A stretch of 63,519 nt of DNA, counting the filler, from Octopus bimaculoides (taxonomy: Eukaryota), in NCBI RefSeq assembly GCF_001194135.2. It is 12 parts of 9 records of this genome, joined end to end, with 100 filler letters (N's around TTAATTAATTAA, not from the genome) between each part and the next. Parts side by side here need not be neighbours in the genome. Positions count along the whole stretch, not along the records: positions 61,608 to 63,519 come from NC_068988.1; 11 more parts are not named here. One strand, given 5' to 3'. A program made the position numbers and the translations under genes. Of this stretch, positions 63,220 through 63,519 are shown one piece after another (position 1 is the first letter of the stretch; each line of letters starts with the position of its first letter). Below the pieces are notes generated by a model. That model made no database searches, had not been told where the DNA came from, and saw only the letters and a list, made by a program, of their open reading frames with translations.

Positions 63220-63426
63220 TGCCATGATTGATCGCTAGCCACTAAACCATTTTCTTTTCTCCCTCTTATTATTTATCTTTCTCTGCCTATTTCTATGTTC
63301 TTTCTGTTGAAGAGCGTAGGCTCGAAACGTAAAAGACTTTCTCACTTCCCGAGCGTTAAATTAATACATCTATTTGTTGTTTACACCACCCGTCTTCGTC
63401 TTTCATTTTGTTTTCTTGTAAATTCC

Positions 63427-63430
<4 letters not shown>
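63220..63430 (+). mobile_element. PLE terminal-repeat-like segment homologous to 56940-57135
   Basis: Shared gccatgat..gat.gct..ccac, ttcccgagcgttaaa.taata and ttgttgtttacaccacc.gtc.tcgtct. Confidence 0.75.
63299..63336 (+). ncRNA. Minimal hammerhead-like motif, A6U variant
   Basis: TCTTT-CTGTTGA-A-GAGC-GTAG-GCTC-GAAAC-GTA-AAAGA; ACGT palindromic stem III, GUA triplet. Confidence 0.72.
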
Positions 63431-63469
<39 letters not shown>

Positions 63470-63519
63470 TACACACACAACACTATACTATACTATCTAT
63501 CTCTTTACAAGAAGAATAA

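Overview
Eukaryotic, very AT-rich, microsatellite-saturated DNA. The tRNA-derived SINE families and repeat landscape suggest a coleoid cephalopod, most likely Octopus (inference). The window is not contiguous: eleven 100-nt spacers (44 N + TTAATTAATTAA + 44 N) join twelve separate fragments, so linkage across them means nothing. No intact host gene can be supported; there are two weak exon candidates. Nearly all ORF-track entries are microsatellite or N-run artefacts. Recognisable content is decayed mobile DNA: a Neptune-like Penelope-like element (PLE) whose RT half is inverted relative to its GIY-YIG half, two Naiad-type PLE remnants, three L1/Tx1-type LINE remnants, an RLE-type non-LTR remnant, a mariner 3' end, and about 35 SINE copies from roughly five families. 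The main hidden signal is a set of minimal type I hammerhead-ribozyme-like motifs: eight reasonably clear and a few degenerate, all on the + strand, several at PLE 3' ends. Some have non-canonical cores: an A3:U8 compensatory pair at 2153-2185, A6U in two copies, and U4C with a long stem II in two copies. PLE-associated dimeric hammerheads are an established class, so whether these exact variants are new or active needs testing.
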